This document shows, one piece after another, positions 20,128-30,072 of a stretch of DNA of 64,000 nt. The DNA comes from a virus, in the IMG/VR virus record IMGVR_UViG_3300050821_005035, positions 1 through 64,000 of that record. One strand, 5' to 3'. Positions within the stretch are counted from its first letter, which is position 1; every line of letters begins with the position of its first letter. The notes under the pieces are model-generated. The model was not told the origin of the DNA. It did not search any database and saw only the letters and a program-made list of their open reading frames with translations. A program made the translations under genes and the position numbers.

Positions 20128-21068
20128 CCTATTTCTAGCTCCGCGTCGATCATCATCCGGACCAGTTCGTTGAATCGCACTTTTGGCTCCCAACCCAGTA
20201 CCCGGCGAGCCTTGCTAGAGTCGCCGATCAGAACGTCTACCTCGGTTGGGCGGTACAGCCTCTCGTCGGTCTCAACGTGCTTCCGCCAATCTAGGTTGAG
20301 ATATCCGAATGCCTCGTCAAGAAACTCTTTTACGGAGTGCGCTTCCCCTGTTGCGATCACGTAGTCGTCCGGGAACGGCTGCTGGAGCATCAGGTGCATA
20401 GCCTCCACGTAATCTCCTGCGAATCCCCAATCTCGCATGGCGTCTAGATTGCCGAGGAACAACTTATCTTGCAAGCCTCGGGAGATGCGAACTGCGGCTT
20501 TCGTTATCTTTCTCGTAACGAAAGTTTCGCCGCGCCGGGGTGACTCGTGGTTGAAGAGGATGCCGTTGCACGCGAAGGTACCGTAAGCCTCCCGATGATT
20601 TACTGCAGACCAGTACGCGAACAGCTTGGCGATAGCGTACGGTGAGCGGGGGTGGAACGGGGTGCTCTCGTTAGTGGCCGTCGTATAGACCCCGCCATAC
20701 AGTTCCGAACTGCTGGCTTGATAAAATTTTATGCCCTTTTCTTTAATGGCTTCCAGTATGTTAAGGGCCGCGATCCCTGTGGCCTCTGCGGTGACGACCG
20801 GGATGTCGAAGCTGGTGCGAACCTGGCTTTGCGCGGCCAGGTGATAAACCTCGTCCGGCCCGATCATGTCGATGGTGTTCGTGGTGGAACTGGCGTCGGT
20901 CACGTCGCCGTAATGCAAGTGCAGGTCTCTGAATATGTGGTCAATCCGGCTGGTGTTGATCGAGGAGGAGCGGCGGATAATCCCGTGGACCTCGTAACCT
21001 TTGGACAACAAGAGTTCTGCGAGGTATGAGCCGTCCTGCCCGTTTATGCCCGTTATCAAAGCCTTCAT
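20124..21068 (-). CDS. gmd: GDP-mannose 4,6-dehydratase
   Basis: [19 protein letters not shown]; QASSSELYG; SPYAIAK; [16 protein letters not shown]; RDWG. Confidence 0.95.
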   Translation of the reverse strand: MKALITGINGQDGSYLAELLLSKGYEVHGIIRRSSSINTSRIDHIFRDLHLHYGDVTDASSTTNTIDMIGPDEVYHLAAQSQVRTSFDIPVVTAEATGIAALNILEAIKEKGIKFYQASSSELYGGVYTTATNESTPFHPRSPYAIAKLFAYWSAVNHREAYGTFACNGILFNHESPRRGETFVTRKITKAAVRISRGLQDKLFLGNLDAMRDWGFAGDYVEAMHLMLQQPFPDDYVIATGEAHSVKEFLDEAFGYLNLDWRKHVETDERLYRPTEVDVLIGDSSKARRVLGWEPKVRFNELVRMMIDAELEIG

Positions 21069-21871
21069 GACGCCCCCTCCAAGTTCAGCTTCTCAATCAG
21101 CCATTTCGTCTTCAATGTGTGGTATTCAGGTGAGCGGTGGTTCCAGTTCGACGCGCGCAAGTAGTGAATCCCGATAGGCTTGTCGTTTATGGAAATATTC
21201 TCGTACTCGGACGGATGAAAGTCGGTCGTCGGGTCGTCTGGAACGAAGTACTGCTGGATAAGAGTCGGATTCAGTTCCGGGTGAGATTGCAAGTAGAAGA
21301 AGCTCTGCCCTCCGATGTCTGTGACTATCCCGTTCACGAAGCTGCCCCACCAGTTGATTTGCTCCGGGTTCGGAAGTCTCGACATGTCGGCCAGCACCAG
21401 CGCGTCGTGCATGTGAATCCCGCCCAGGTTGGGGCGAGACTGCGGTATAAAGCACAGCGGCGTCGTTACCAGGTAGTCAGTCAGCTTGATAGGCTGGGTG
21501 AAGAACATGTCCGGGTGGAGGAGGCAGATGGCGCCCTTCTCTTTCATAATGTGGAACTCCCACGTATAAAAGCACCCGTAACAACCAGCGCAGTTGGGAT
21601 TGCTCCAAGAGCCTTGGCGGTTGAATACCGTGCACGACTTCTCTACAGCGTTGCACTTGTCTTCCAAGGACTGGACCCGCTCGACGTCGAATACCGCGAT
21701 TCCAAGCCTCCTGCATGTCTCGTCGATCTTGATACGTTCCGCTGGACGGTCAAACTTGGCGTTGTTTAAGATCGTAAACGTGAAGTCCTCTTGGATATAC
21801 TTCCAGAAAGACTTCAGCTGCAGTTCGATTAGGTCCGACCGGTTGCTCGTGAACGCGAATATGTTAATCAT
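21065..21871 (-). CDS. Putative GT-A glycosyltransferase
   Basis: LQLKSF..YI; LLHPDMFF; DIGG; HYLRASNW; cluster context. Confidence 0.55.
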   Translation of the reverse strand: MINIFAFTSNRSDLIELQLKSFWKYIQEDFTFTILNNAKFDRPAERIKIDETCRRLGIAVFDVERVQSLEDKCNAVEKSCTVFNRQGSWSNPNCAGCYGCFYTWEFHIMKEKGAICLLHPDMFFTQPIKLTDYLVTTPLCFIPQSRPNLGGIHMHDALVLADMSRLPNPEQINWWGSFVNGIVTDIGGQSFFYLQSHPELNPTLIQQYFVPDDPTTDFHPSEYENISINDKPIGIHYLRASNWNHRSPEYHTLKTKWLIEKLNLEGAS

Positions 21872-22800
21872 CTGCTCTCCTGTGCTAGCTTGGCGCCGTC
21901 CAATAGGTTGTCGATTTTGTTTAAGTAGGTGTGGTTTTTGGCGACCTCATCCATCAGCGCGTGGAGAGTTTCCGGTGTGGTTCTAGATAGTTGTTCTCTC
22001 GCGTCATAAAACAGCGCGCGTGTATCCCAGTTATAAATCAGCTTTCCACGGAAAATCTCGTTAGCCCAAGGGTTGTTGGTCGCGCACATCTGGCCGTAAG
22101 ACAGCGCCTTGAAGACCCGACACGGCATGTACCCGACCTTGATTTGATACGCTAGGGAGATCGCTGGCGCGATATATGAGGCCTGCACCAGACGTACGTT
22201 CTCTTCCACAGATACGGGGGAGCCGCCGAATCCGCCGACCAGCTTAAAGTTGATTCCACTTTCTTTGCAGGCTGCAGCGAACGGAGCTAGCTCTGGTACC
22301 GAAGTGCCCACGTAGTTGACGTCCCGGCTCCAGTCTCGAAAGACCTTGCTCGGCTTGTTCGCCATAATCTCGTGAGGCAGGAGGTCTGTGGCCCAGCGGA
22401 AGACTACAGCGTCGTAAGAGTCCCAAGGCTGGGGGAAGAAGAACGCGTCCTTGCTCAGTTCCACCGCGTTCGAGGGTAGCTCCATGCTGTTCACGTAAAG
22501 GCCGTAGTTGATAGTTAAAAAGCCCTTCGTGTACTCTTTAGCCCGGGCTTCCATGTTGTGGACCGCGTAAATGCAGTCTGTCCGTAGAGGCATCCCCTTT
22601 ACAGCGTACTCCATGCTGATGAAGAAGGTGTTGGAGAAATCTATCTTAGAGATGTCGTCGTGCGCGTCCAGCCAAAGGACCTGGCGCTCCGGGAATCTGA
22701 ACTTAAGCGCGCGGTAAAAGGCCTCCAGTATGTGACGGAAGGAGTTGTACGCTCCGCTTTTAAATCCCCAAACGCAGAAGTTGCAGTTCTCCAGCTTCAT
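21868..22800 (-). CDS. Putative glycosyltransferase (CgeB-like GT-B C-terminus)
   Basis: GYMPCRVFKALSYG; HTYLNK. Confidence 0.6.
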   Translation of the reverse strand: MKLENCNFCVWGFKSGAYNSFRHILEAFYRALKFRFPERQVLWLDAHDDISKIDFSNTFFISMEYAVKGMPLRTDCIYAVHNMEARAKEYTKGFLTINYGLYVNSMELPSNAVELSKDAFFFPQPWDSYDAVVFRWATDLLPHEIMANKPSKVFRDWSRDVNYVGTSVPELAPFAAACKESGINFKLVGGFGGSPVSVEENVRLVQASYIAPAISLAYQIKVGYMPCRVFKALSYGQMCATNNPWANEIFRGKLIYNWDTRALFYDAREQLSRTTPETLHALMDEVAKNHTYLNKIDNLLDGAKLAQESR

Positions 22801-23978
22801 TTGTATCCCAGGAAATATCCGTGAATAAGCTCGCCTACGTATCGAATGTCTTCAGGAGTTAGGTTCTGATGAATCCCGATCATGAACCCGCTGCGGGCCA
22901 GGTTTTGAGAGACCGGGTACTGCTCCATCATCCGGGGGAAAAGTTTCCTGTATGCGGGACTTTCCAAAAGTGGAAACATGTGGCGGGTTTCCACGCCGTG
23001 CTCTTCCAGATACATGAGCAGCTTCTCCCTGTCTACATACGGCTTGCAGATAATCGGGAACATCATCCACGAGTGAGTCGAGTCGTAAGGGACGTAAGGA
23101 AGTTGAATCTCCGAGATGCCGGAAAGAAGATTTATCAGCTGGCTCGCGTTCGCCTGCCGTTTTGCTGCGTTTTGAGAGAAGTGTCCCAGTTCCGCTAGCG
23201 CCAGCGCGGCCTCTATTTCCGTTGCCCTGTAAGAATATCCGACCCGGTCGAACTTGAATCGGCGCTCGACTATGTTTTGAAGACCAGAACCTGTCAGCCC
23301 GTTGGCCGCGTCGATGCTCGAATACACGCTGTCGCGCCCGTGAGCCATTAAGGAGCGGCACAGTTCGGCCAGCTTACCATCGTTGGTTGTAACCAGACCG
23401 CCTACGCCGCCGACTATGTGGTGGTTGACGTATGTGCTGAAGCATCCCATGTCCCCGAAGCTACCCACTGACTTTCCGTCAACTGTAGACCCAACCGATT
23501 CGCAGCTGTCCTCGATGACCTGCAGGCTGTGACTCTCGGCGATGTACATAATCTCAGGCATCTCTGCGGGTAGTCCGAAGAGGTGAACCGGGATAATTGC
23601 GCGAGTTTTCCGTGTGATCTTCTCTCCTATTTTGCCTGAAGCCATATTGAAGGTTCTAGGATTGACGTCGACAAAGACCGGGACCATGTTGTTTTGAAGG
23701 ACGATGTTGGATGTTGCGATGAAGGTCGTTGCGGGGACCAGAACCTCGTCGCCGTCTTTGTATCCGTGAACTTCTTTCAACGCTGTTAGCGCGACTTGGA
23801 GCGCGCTCGTTCCGCTGTTCATGAAGATGCCATGCTTGCAGCCGTGCATCGCTGCGAACTTCTCCTCGAACTCTCGCGTGTACTTTCCGTATGAAAGCCT
23901 GTTCGTGTCGAGGCAGTCGTTCACATACCTCTTGCCTTGATCTGAGATAGACAGCGTTCCCAGCGTAATTTTTCTCAT
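22797..23978 (-). CDS. DegT/DnrJ-fold PLP enzyme of ColD/RfbH type (NDP-4-keto-6-deoxyhexose 3-dehydratase-like)
   Basis: NSGTSAL; PVHLFG; IEDSCES; FSTYVNHHI with His in place of the PLP Lys. Confidence 0.8.
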   Translation of the reverse strand: MRKITLGTLSISDQGKRYVNDCLDTNRLSYGKYTREFEEKFAAMHGCKHGIFMNSGTSALQVALTALKEVHGYKDGDEVLVPATTFIATSNIVLQNNMVPVFVDVNPRTFNMASGKIGEKITRKTRAIIPVHLFGLPAEMPEIMYIAESHSLQVIEDSCESVGSTVDGKSVGSFGDMGCFSTYVNHHIVGGVGGLVTTNDGKLAELCRSLMAHGRDSVYSSIDAANGLTGSGLQNIVERRFKFDRVGYSYRATEIEAALALAELGHFSQNAAKRQANASQLINLLSGISEIQLPYVPYDSTHSWMMFPIICKPYVDREKLLMYLEEHGVETRHMFPLLESPAYRKLFPRMMEQYPVSQNLARSGFMIGIHQNLTPEDIRYVGELIHGYFLGYK

Positions 23979-24544
23979 CGTCCCCCCGTGAACATGCTGT
24001 TCGGTCCTAACCACGATTCTCTGGCGGTTCTGGCGAACTTGTCACGGTCAGATAGAATCGGGTTATCCGTCAAAGGCCAGTCGATGCCGATGTCTGGGTC
24101 ATTCCAAAGGACCGCCCGGTCTTCGCCGACGTACTCGTCGCAGTTATATAGAACGATTGTGTTGGGTTCCAAGGCGCAGTATCCGCGCGCAAATCCTGCT
24201 GGCGCCCAGACTTGATAATTATTACGCTCGTGAGCGATGACGTTGTGGTACCTCAAAAATGTGGGAGAATTCATGCGGATATCGACGGCCACCAGGTAAG
24301 CCGCGCCGTTGATGACCTGCATCAGCTTCCCCATCGGCGGGTCTAGCTGGTAGTGAAGGCCCCGGATGACTCCGCGCTCCGAGCGGGAGACCATCTGTCG
24401 AAGGACGCGGGACGGGAAACAAAACAGTGGGTCGTCTTGTAGCCGGGTCACAGTTAACGAGCCTCGGTTATCTGAGAAGGTTGTTGGTTGAATGACCTTG
24501 ACTTCTCCGTTGAAGTGCTCGTCTACAATTTCAAAGAGTCTCAT
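23975..24544 (-). CDS. rmlC: dTDP-4-dehydrorhamnose 3,5-epimerase family protein
   Basis: DNRG; RGLHYQ; VAVDIR..SPTF; WNDPDIGIDWP; LSDRD. Confidence 0.9.
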   Translation of the reverse strand: MRLFEIVDEHFNGEVKVIQPTTFSDNRGSLTVTRLQDDPLFCFPSRVLRQMVSRSERGVIRGLHYQLDPPMGKLMQVINGAAYLVAVDIRMNSPTFLRYHNVIAHERNNYQVWAPAGFARGYCALEPNTIVLYNCDEYVGEDRAVLWNDPDIGIDWPLTDNPILSDRDKFARTARESWLGPNSMFTGGR

Positions 24545-25530
24545 AGTCCACCTTTATGCCACTCGATTGTGTTTCTTAATCCCTCTTCCAGTCCCACAAA
24601 ATGTGCTTTCTTAAACTCGTTCATAACCCGCCAGACGTCCATCACGACGTTGCCTGACGCGCCTGCCATCTGGTTTGAGCCGGTAAAGAGTCGGGAGCCG
24701 GATAGCCGGGCGATCTCGCAGGCGACGTTCTCGATGGTGTAGCTGTTTGGAGAGCCGACATTGTACACGGCCTTCGTGCCGTGGAGGAGAATATTCCACA
24801 TGATCTCGACCGCGTCTCTAATGTAGCAGAAGGTACGTAGCTCGTCCCCGGAAAATTTCATCGCAACCACCCCGTCTTTCAAAGACTGGTCGATGAACGT
24901 GCTGACCGCTCTGGAATCGCCTCGTCGAGCGCCAGGCCCGTATACGAGAGACAGCCTTGCAGACTGCGCGTCGACGACTCCGGTTTCACGGAACGCGTTT
25001 ACGACAGCCTCTCCGCAGCGTTTGCCTTCGATGTACCCGGCCCTGGGGTGATACGGGTTAGTGGTTCCGATCTGATACTCGTCCGCGTTACTCAGCCCGC
25101 TGTAAACCTCGGAGGAGCTAGCGAAGAGAAACTTTCCACCAGGCTTCAAATATTGTAGCAGCTGGCGGGTCCACTCCACGTTGATGCGAATGGTCTCCGC
25201 TGGATTCTTTGTGAACCGGGAAGGCTGCGCGTACCCGGCGAGATGAATCACCGCGTCTAGGTCGGTGAAGACATTCTGTTCTGATAACAGCTGGATATCA
25301 TCCAGGCAGGCGATCTCCTTGGTGTGGTCCTCTGGCTCCGAGTGGCAGTAGCCGTACGCCTTAATCTTCATACCGTCGTTCTTCAAGAGACCCAGGGTCG
25401 CTAGGAAGTGCGTCCCGATCTGGCCTGTGGCGCCGGTGACCAGGACAGACTTTCCCTCCAGCCAGCTGAAGTCCACGGCCTCGATGACCTTGTGCGCGTC
25501 CGAGTAGATGATGCCAAGCCTATTTTTCAC
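24541..25530 (-). CDS. NAD-dependent epimerase/dehydratase (extended SDR)
   Basis: VTGATGQIG; ASSSEVY; YIEGK; RTFCYIRD; start uncertain. Confidence 0.85.
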   Translation of the reverse strand: MKNRLGIIYSDAHKVIEAVDFSWLEGKSVLVTGATGQIGTHFLATLGLLKNDGMKIKAYGYCHSEPEDHTKEIACLDDIQLLSEQNVFTDLDAVIHLAGYAQPSRFTKNPAETIRINVEWTRQLLQYLKPGGKFLFASSSEVYSGLSNADEYQIGTTNPYHPRAGYIEGKRCGEAVVNAFRETGVVDAQSARLSLVYGPGARRGDSRAVSTFIDQSLKDGVVAMKFSGDELRTFCYIRDAVEIMWNILLHGTKAVYNVGSPNSYTIENVACEIARLSGSRLFTGSNQMAGASGNVVMDVWRVMNEFKKAHFVGLEEGLRNTIEWHKGGL

Positions 25531-26059
25531 TATAGTAGTCTCCGAATTCCACGCATATAGTAGCACGTCCGTCCGTTCTTGTCAAGGCCTTTTCGTAGGC
25601 CGGGAAGATGTCCTCTGGCTCGTCTAGCCGGATGACCTCGACCGTCGTCAGCATTTGTCTCAGCGGTTCTGTGAAGTCGCCGACATGCTGCGCTTGAGGA
25701 TGCAAAGGCCTTTCACTCCCTATTCCCACTCGAACAATTACATTAGGGCAATAACCATTCTGGCTCATTTGAGAAAGTTTGTCAAGGTGTAAAATCAGCT
25801 GATTCATGGCGAGCAACAAAAAGTTGTACCGGGGATATATTGTCACCGGGATGAAGCCAGCGAGGGCCAGACCGATACTCGCTCCTAGCTGTAATTCTTC
25901 CGCAACGGGAAATTCTGTGAGCTTTTCTTTAGGAACATTGACGAGCGTGCCGCTCATACCGGTTCCAGGATAAGCGACCGCTTGCCCTAAGAAAATCGTG
26001 CGAGGGTCGGCTCCCAGATAATCCATAGCTCTGGTTAGTTCTTGTTGGTATTTTCCCAT
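25520..26059 (-). CDS. TPP-dependent enzyme beta subunit (pyrimidine-binding domain only)
   Basis: FLGQ; EFPVAE..QLG..IGLALAG; NQL; QH; TGATG overlap with alpha gene. Confidence 0.8.
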   Translation of the reverse strand: MGKYQQELTRAMDYLGADPRTIFLGQAVAYPGTGMSGTLVNVPKEKLTEFPVAEELQLGASIGLALAGFIPVTIYPRYNFLLLAMNQLILHLDKLSQMSQNGYCPNVIVRVGIGSERPLHPQAQHVGDFTEPLRQMLTTVEVIRLDEPEDIFPAYEKALTRTDGRATICVEFGDYYSEK

Positions 26060-26688
26060 CAGAAGGTCACTCTTTTCCCTGCCCCAGCGTGGGGCCACTT
26101 CTCGGCCTTGTATCTAAAATGCGTAACGTGATCTGAGAACTTACTTTTGTGTTCTGCGTCTGTTGTAAACTCGTCGCCGAATTCGTTCTTCAATCCCCAC
26201 GCCAGTCGAGTATCCGTGCAGACAGAAAGGTTGTTGTCCTCGACGTGGAAGTATACTGGTAGATCAAAATTTTCTACGTACTTAATGCTTTCGTAAGCTA
26301 TCCCTGTTTCGGCTGTCATGTCACCTAGAAAAATATGGACGCGCTCATTACCACATCTGCGCTGGATAGCCATGCCAAGGCCTACACCGATGGGTAAAAC
26401 CCCACCAATGATTGCACTAGATAAAATGCGGTACTCAGGAAAGCTGAGAGCAATTGAGTATCCAGCCATAATCTTGGTTTTCAACTCTGCGGGAGGCACT
26501 CCTTTTAAAAGGCAGGGGTAATGGCTTCTCCACGAACAAAGCACCCAATCTTGGGCGCGTATGCCTTTGAAGATTTCGATCAGTTCTTTCTCCCCGCCAG
26601 AGTAAAGATGAGTAGGACTTCTTATCAGACCAGCGTTAAACTCAGCGGCGATGTCATCTTCGAATGCTATTAGTTCTTCCGGTGTCAT
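26059..26688 (-). CDS. TPP-dependent enzyme alpha subunit (short E1-alpha-like)
   Basis: HLYSGGE; WRSHY; GDMTAETG...EDNN TPP-binding motif. Confidence 0.85.
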   Translation of the reverse strand: MTPEELIAFEDDIAAEFNAGLIRSPTHLYSGGEKELIEIFKGIRAQDWVLCSWRSHYPCLLKGVPPAELKTKIMAGYSIALSFPEYRILSSAIIGGVLPIGVGLGMAIQRRCGNERVHIFLGDMTAETGIAYESIKYVENFDLPVYFHVEDNNLSVCTDTRLAWGLKNEFGDEFTTDAEHKSKFSDHVTHFRYKAEKWPHAGAGKRVTF

Positions 26689-26689
26689 G

Positions 26690-27487
26690 TTATCTCCAGA
26701 GGTCCGGGTGCAGCAGGTGAATCAACCGCACCAGTCCGCCGTGTACTTTCGTGGCTTGTGTTATCATAGAAACTTTTTTGACTCGGTAGTGGAACAAAGG
26801 CTCGTTTACCACCCCGACGGTCCAACCGCGCTTCAAGATGTCGAGCCACATATTCCAGTCCTCGTATCCGAGAACTTTCGTGCTGCCCGCGACGTCGACG
26901 AAGATAGTCTCGTATCCGGGGGTTTGTTCGAAGGCCGTGCGGCGAATCAAAGAGCATACAGGAAGGTCATTGCTGACCATCTCGCTCGCGAGAGACAGTC
27001 CCTTCGGCGGGATGCGGTTGTGCAACAGTCCCTCGTACTGCATGTCCGTCGACACGATGCCGATGCCTTGGTTAACCATCAAGGGAACTGTGCGCTCCAA
27101 GTAGTTGGCCTCGATCCAGTCGTCGGAATCGAGGGGGAGGATAAACTCTCCGTCTCCAGCTTTTATGCCCTCGTTCCTGGACGTTGAGAGGCCTCGGTTC
27201 TCCCGGTCAATAATTTTCAGATTCCCGTTGAAGTTCCAGCACCCGGGGACTGGTTCCATCATCTCAGCTTCCGCGTAACGCTTGACCATCAACTCTCTCA
27301 TCTCTCCGTTCCAACGGTCTACTATCTCTCGCACGACCACCATCGAGTGGTCCGTGGAGCCGTCGTTGACTAGGGTTACATCGAAGTCCGGGTACGTCTG
27401 GGCCAACGCAGAATTCAAGCACTGCTCGATAAATTCCTCTTGGTTGAAAAGAGGAATCACGATGTTGACTTTGCCGACCTTAATCAT
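26690..27487 (-). CDS. Glycosyltransferase family 2
   Basis: IVIPLFNQ; VNDGSTD; NRGLSTSRNEG; LDSDD; GYEDW. Confidence 0.9.
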   Translation of the reverse strand: MIKVGKVNIVIPLFNQEEFIEQCLNSALAQTYPDFDVTLVNDGSTDHSMVVVREIVDRWNGEMRELMVKRYAEAEMMEPVPGCWNFNGNLKIIDRENRGLSTSRNEGIKAGDGEFILPLDSDDWIEANYLERTVPLMVNQGIGIVSTDMQYEGLLHNRIPPKGLSLASEMVSNDLPVCSLIRRTAFEQTPGYETIFVDVAGSTKVLGYEDWNMWLDILKRGWTVGVVNEPLFHYRVKKVSMITQATKVHGGLVRLIHLLHPDLWR

Positions 27488-28197
27488 AGCCTGGTCCACC
27501 TTTCGGGTACGATATCCGAGTAATCTACATCTGGATTTGAGAACCACTTCTTCGGCGCCACAACCAACTTCTGGGGGCCGAGCCACGCTCCCCACCACCC
27601 ATAGCTGCTGTTGGCGATCACTTGGTACTCGCAGCTGGAGATAAGCGTTAAGTCCTCGTACTTGTTTCCGCCCTCGATGACCTTGAAGTCGGAGGGAAAG
27701 TTTTCCTTACACCATTGGCGGTCATCGGAGAATACCATCACAGGAACAAGTGCTCCCACTTCGCGCCGGATATGGGCGACCCCTTCTCGGTAATAGTCGA
27801 GAGTCGGCAGGCCGTGAAAGTGCTCCAGTCCGACGTAGTCTTGGCGACGGACGTGAACTGCGATAAAGGGAAGCAGAGGCCTGTTATTGAGAGGGAAGGC
27901 CAGACGAACCATCTGAGTGAAATACTTTTCTGACTGCCAGTAACCAATCATCGTGCAGTCTTCTGTTGGTTCCAGGTAGCTGGGGTTGTACCTCATGCCG
28001 TCTTCATAGACTTCTCTGCCACTCGATTTACCGTCGGCCTTTATTCCGAAGTATCCGAGAGAGTACTCGCGATGGGTGCCCTCGATCAAATAGGACCTGT
28101 CCAGCTGGACCTCATAGCCTCTGTCTTGCAGCGTCATAGCGAAGGCACACTGAAACATCTGGTTGCATAACCCGCCAAGTAGTCGTACCGTAATCAT
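27484..28197 (-). CDS. Alpha-1,2-fucosyl/colitosyl-transferase, GT11
   Basis: GGLCNQMFQ; GYWQSEKYF; HVRRQDY; FSDD; ANSSYGWWGAWL. Confidence 0.9.
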   Translation of the reverse strand: MITVRLLGGLCNQMFQCAFAMTLQDRGYEVQLDRSYLIEGTHREYSLGYFGIKADGKSSGREVYEDGMRYNPSYLEPTEDCTMIGYWQSEKYFTQMVRLAFPLNNRPLLPFIAVHVRRQDYVGLEHFHGLPTLDYYREGVAHIRREVGALVPVMVFSDDRQWCKENFPSDFKVIEGGNKYEDLTLISSCEYQVIANSSYGWWGAWLGPQKLVVAPKKWFSNPDVDYSDIVPERWTRL

Positions 28198-28889
28198 CGC
28201 GCGCCCTTATTCAGCGCCAGAATCTTTGGCGTGACGTTCAGTCCCGCTGCCTTCCACTTGTCTGTGTAATACGCGGACGCGCTTTCCGGGTAGCAGTAAG
28301 AGGGATCGAGAACCGTACAAGGCGGGTGCTCGTGAAGGTAGCGATTCAAGTGCGATTCGTCATGCCATACTGCGAGCACTCCGCAAGATTCATCCACACT
28401 GATGTGATAAGCTAGATCGGTAGCCATTCTCAAAAATGTTGAGGTTGCGCCGCCGTTGAATCCCCCACAAAAGTATTTATTTGCAGAACCTGGAGCAATA
28501 GAGGCCACTGAGTGTATTCTCCGTTCCGGAGTCCCGCACGAGCCAACGTATCCTGGGTGCAGGGTAGCGGTTATGCCGTTGGAGAAGACTTCCTCCCCGA
28601 CCGGAGCGACAAATCGCATATCAGAGTCTATCCAAAAAACTTGGTCGTACCCTTTCAATAGCCACTCCTGATTCAGAATTGTGTGATACCTGTATAGCGT
28701 TTCCTTGGGGAAACCGAGAGCTTTCTTGGTTAGTACAAATTTCGCATCGAAGGTGCTGGCCGCTTCCAGAGTATCCGTCCACACAATCGCATCGTGTTCG
28801 ACAAAAAACTCTTGAGCAGATTCCAAAAGTGGTGGTACGAATGCATGGTACTTTTCTCCTGTGGCGATCACGAGCAGAGCGGTCTTCAC
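28194..28889 (-). CDS. Glycosyltransferase family 6 (ABO-type)
   Basis: IATGEKY; DSD; TLHPG; CGGFNGG; WHDESHLNRY. Confidence 0.9.
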   Translation of the reverse strand: MKTALLVIATGEKYHAFVPPLLESAQEFFVEHDAIVWTDTLEAASTFDAKFVLTKKALGFPKETLYRYHTILNQEWLLKGYDQVFWIDSDMRFVAPVGEEVFSNGITATLHPGYVGSCGTPERRIHSVASIAPGSANKYFCGGFNGGATSTFLRMATDLAYHISVDESCGVLAVWHDESHLNRYLHEHPPCTVLDPSYCYPESASAYYTDKWKAAGLNVTPKILALNKGAR

Positions 28890-29575
28890 GAATTCACCGT
28901 CCGGTACACGAGGTCCGCTGTTTCCATCCAGCGGTACTCAAGCTTATACCCCGACTTGTACTGCGACGACGGGAAGTGCGACGAGTAAGAGTTAGCAGGC
29001 AGGTCGAGCGCGATCATGTCGCCTCTTGCTAGTTCCTTGCCGAGCACCTGGCCCACCCATAGGTCTTCGGCCCACCCGTGAGGGAACGTGTCCGCGATCA
29101 CGCACATCGCGTCTCTAGAAAGGAAGTAGCCAAAACCGCCGCTGGCCCAGGGATAGCACTCCGGGATGTGAGTAACAATGCCACGGCGATCAATCGCGTC
29201 GTAAGGGAAGGTCTCGCCTATCGGCTTGCTGATCTTGCCCGTGTAGTCGTAACGCTGGTAGCCGCAGGTCAGCAGCTGGTTCACCTTCACGTACGTGTCG
29301 GTGTCCGCTAAAAACAGATGATCTACGTTCTTCCCAAAGGCCCACTGACATATCGCTCGTGTCTTTGATGGCAGAGAATTGTAGTCATCTTCTGTATCGA
29401 CTACGACCTCATCGCTTTTATAAACACGACTAGTCCTTCCATCTCTTTCTGCTCCCACGAAAAATTTTAGATGCGCTTTGCCTCTCAGTTCCTGCCCCCA
29501 CGTTTTTCTAATCACGTCGTGGTACCCGTTATCTAAGTCGGCCTTGCAGCTTTTAATTGCTATAATTAGGCTCAT
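28886..29575 (-). CDS. GT31-like beta-1,3-glycosyltransferase
   Basis: IRKTWG; DDYNSLPSKT; ADTDTYV; ASGGFGYFLS; EDLWVG. Confidence 0.85.
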   Translation of the reverse strand: MSLIIAIKSCKADLDNGYHDVIRKTWGQELRGKAHLKFFVGAERDGRTSRVYKSDEVVVDTEDDYNSLPSKTRAICQWAFGKNVDHLFLADTDTYVKVNQLLTCGYQRYDYTGKISKPIGETFPYDAIDRRGIVTHIPECYPWASGGFGYFLSRDAMCVIADTFPHGWAEDLWVGQVLGKELARGDMIALDLPANSYSSHFPSSQYKSGYKLEYRWMETADLVYRTVNS

Positions 29576-30072
29576 TTTATCTCCGGTTTGAAAGACGTTC
29601 CACAATTTGGGCAGCATACTTTACGTACTCGATTACCCGCTTGTTCTTTTGATGTTGCCCATCGAACGTTTCCTGGTTCGTAATTACCATCATTATCAAT
29701 TCTATCGACAGAGTGTTTTAAACTAGGTCGAGGTCCAATATCCTGAATAAACTCGCGGAAATCTGTGAATAAAAATTTTATTCCACGGCCTCCGTAGTTC
29801 ATCCAAGCCTTGTGCTTCGGATTCGTACACAGCAGCTTTGCAGACGCAAAAATTCTGTGCTCTCTTGTTCCGTAAACTCCGTGCGTTATTTTGTAGCAGG
29901 TATGGCACGCTTTTGTATCCCCGCTATTTAAAGCCGCCGTTCTAACTTTGGCAGTACGTCCACATATACAAAAACACAGCCACACGGTCGCTCTTTGCTG
30001 CCTTCCTGCAGGCCATGCAACCGTTAGTTTTCCAAAAATCATTCCTGATAAATCTTCGAAATCCGACCTCAT
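29572..30072 (-). CDS. Free-standing HNH homing endonuclease
   Basis: DLSGMIFGKLTV..WLCFCICG; YGGRGI; SVDRIDNDGNYEPGNVRWAT..Q..N; AT-rich. Confidence 0.9.
   Translation of the reverse strand: MRSDFEDLSGMIFGKLTVAWPAGRQQRATVWLCFCICGRTAKVRTAALNSGDTKACHTCYKITHGVYGTREHRIFASAKLLCTNPKHKAWMNYGGRGIKFLFTDFREFIQDIGPRPSLKHSVDRIDNDGNYEPGNVRWATSKEQAGNRVRKVCCPNCGTSFKPEIK

Noticed and set aside
25520-26688. Pyruvate dehydrogenase auxiliary metabolic genes
   Set aside because: Subunits are too short, no E2/E3, and they sit inside a sugar cluster
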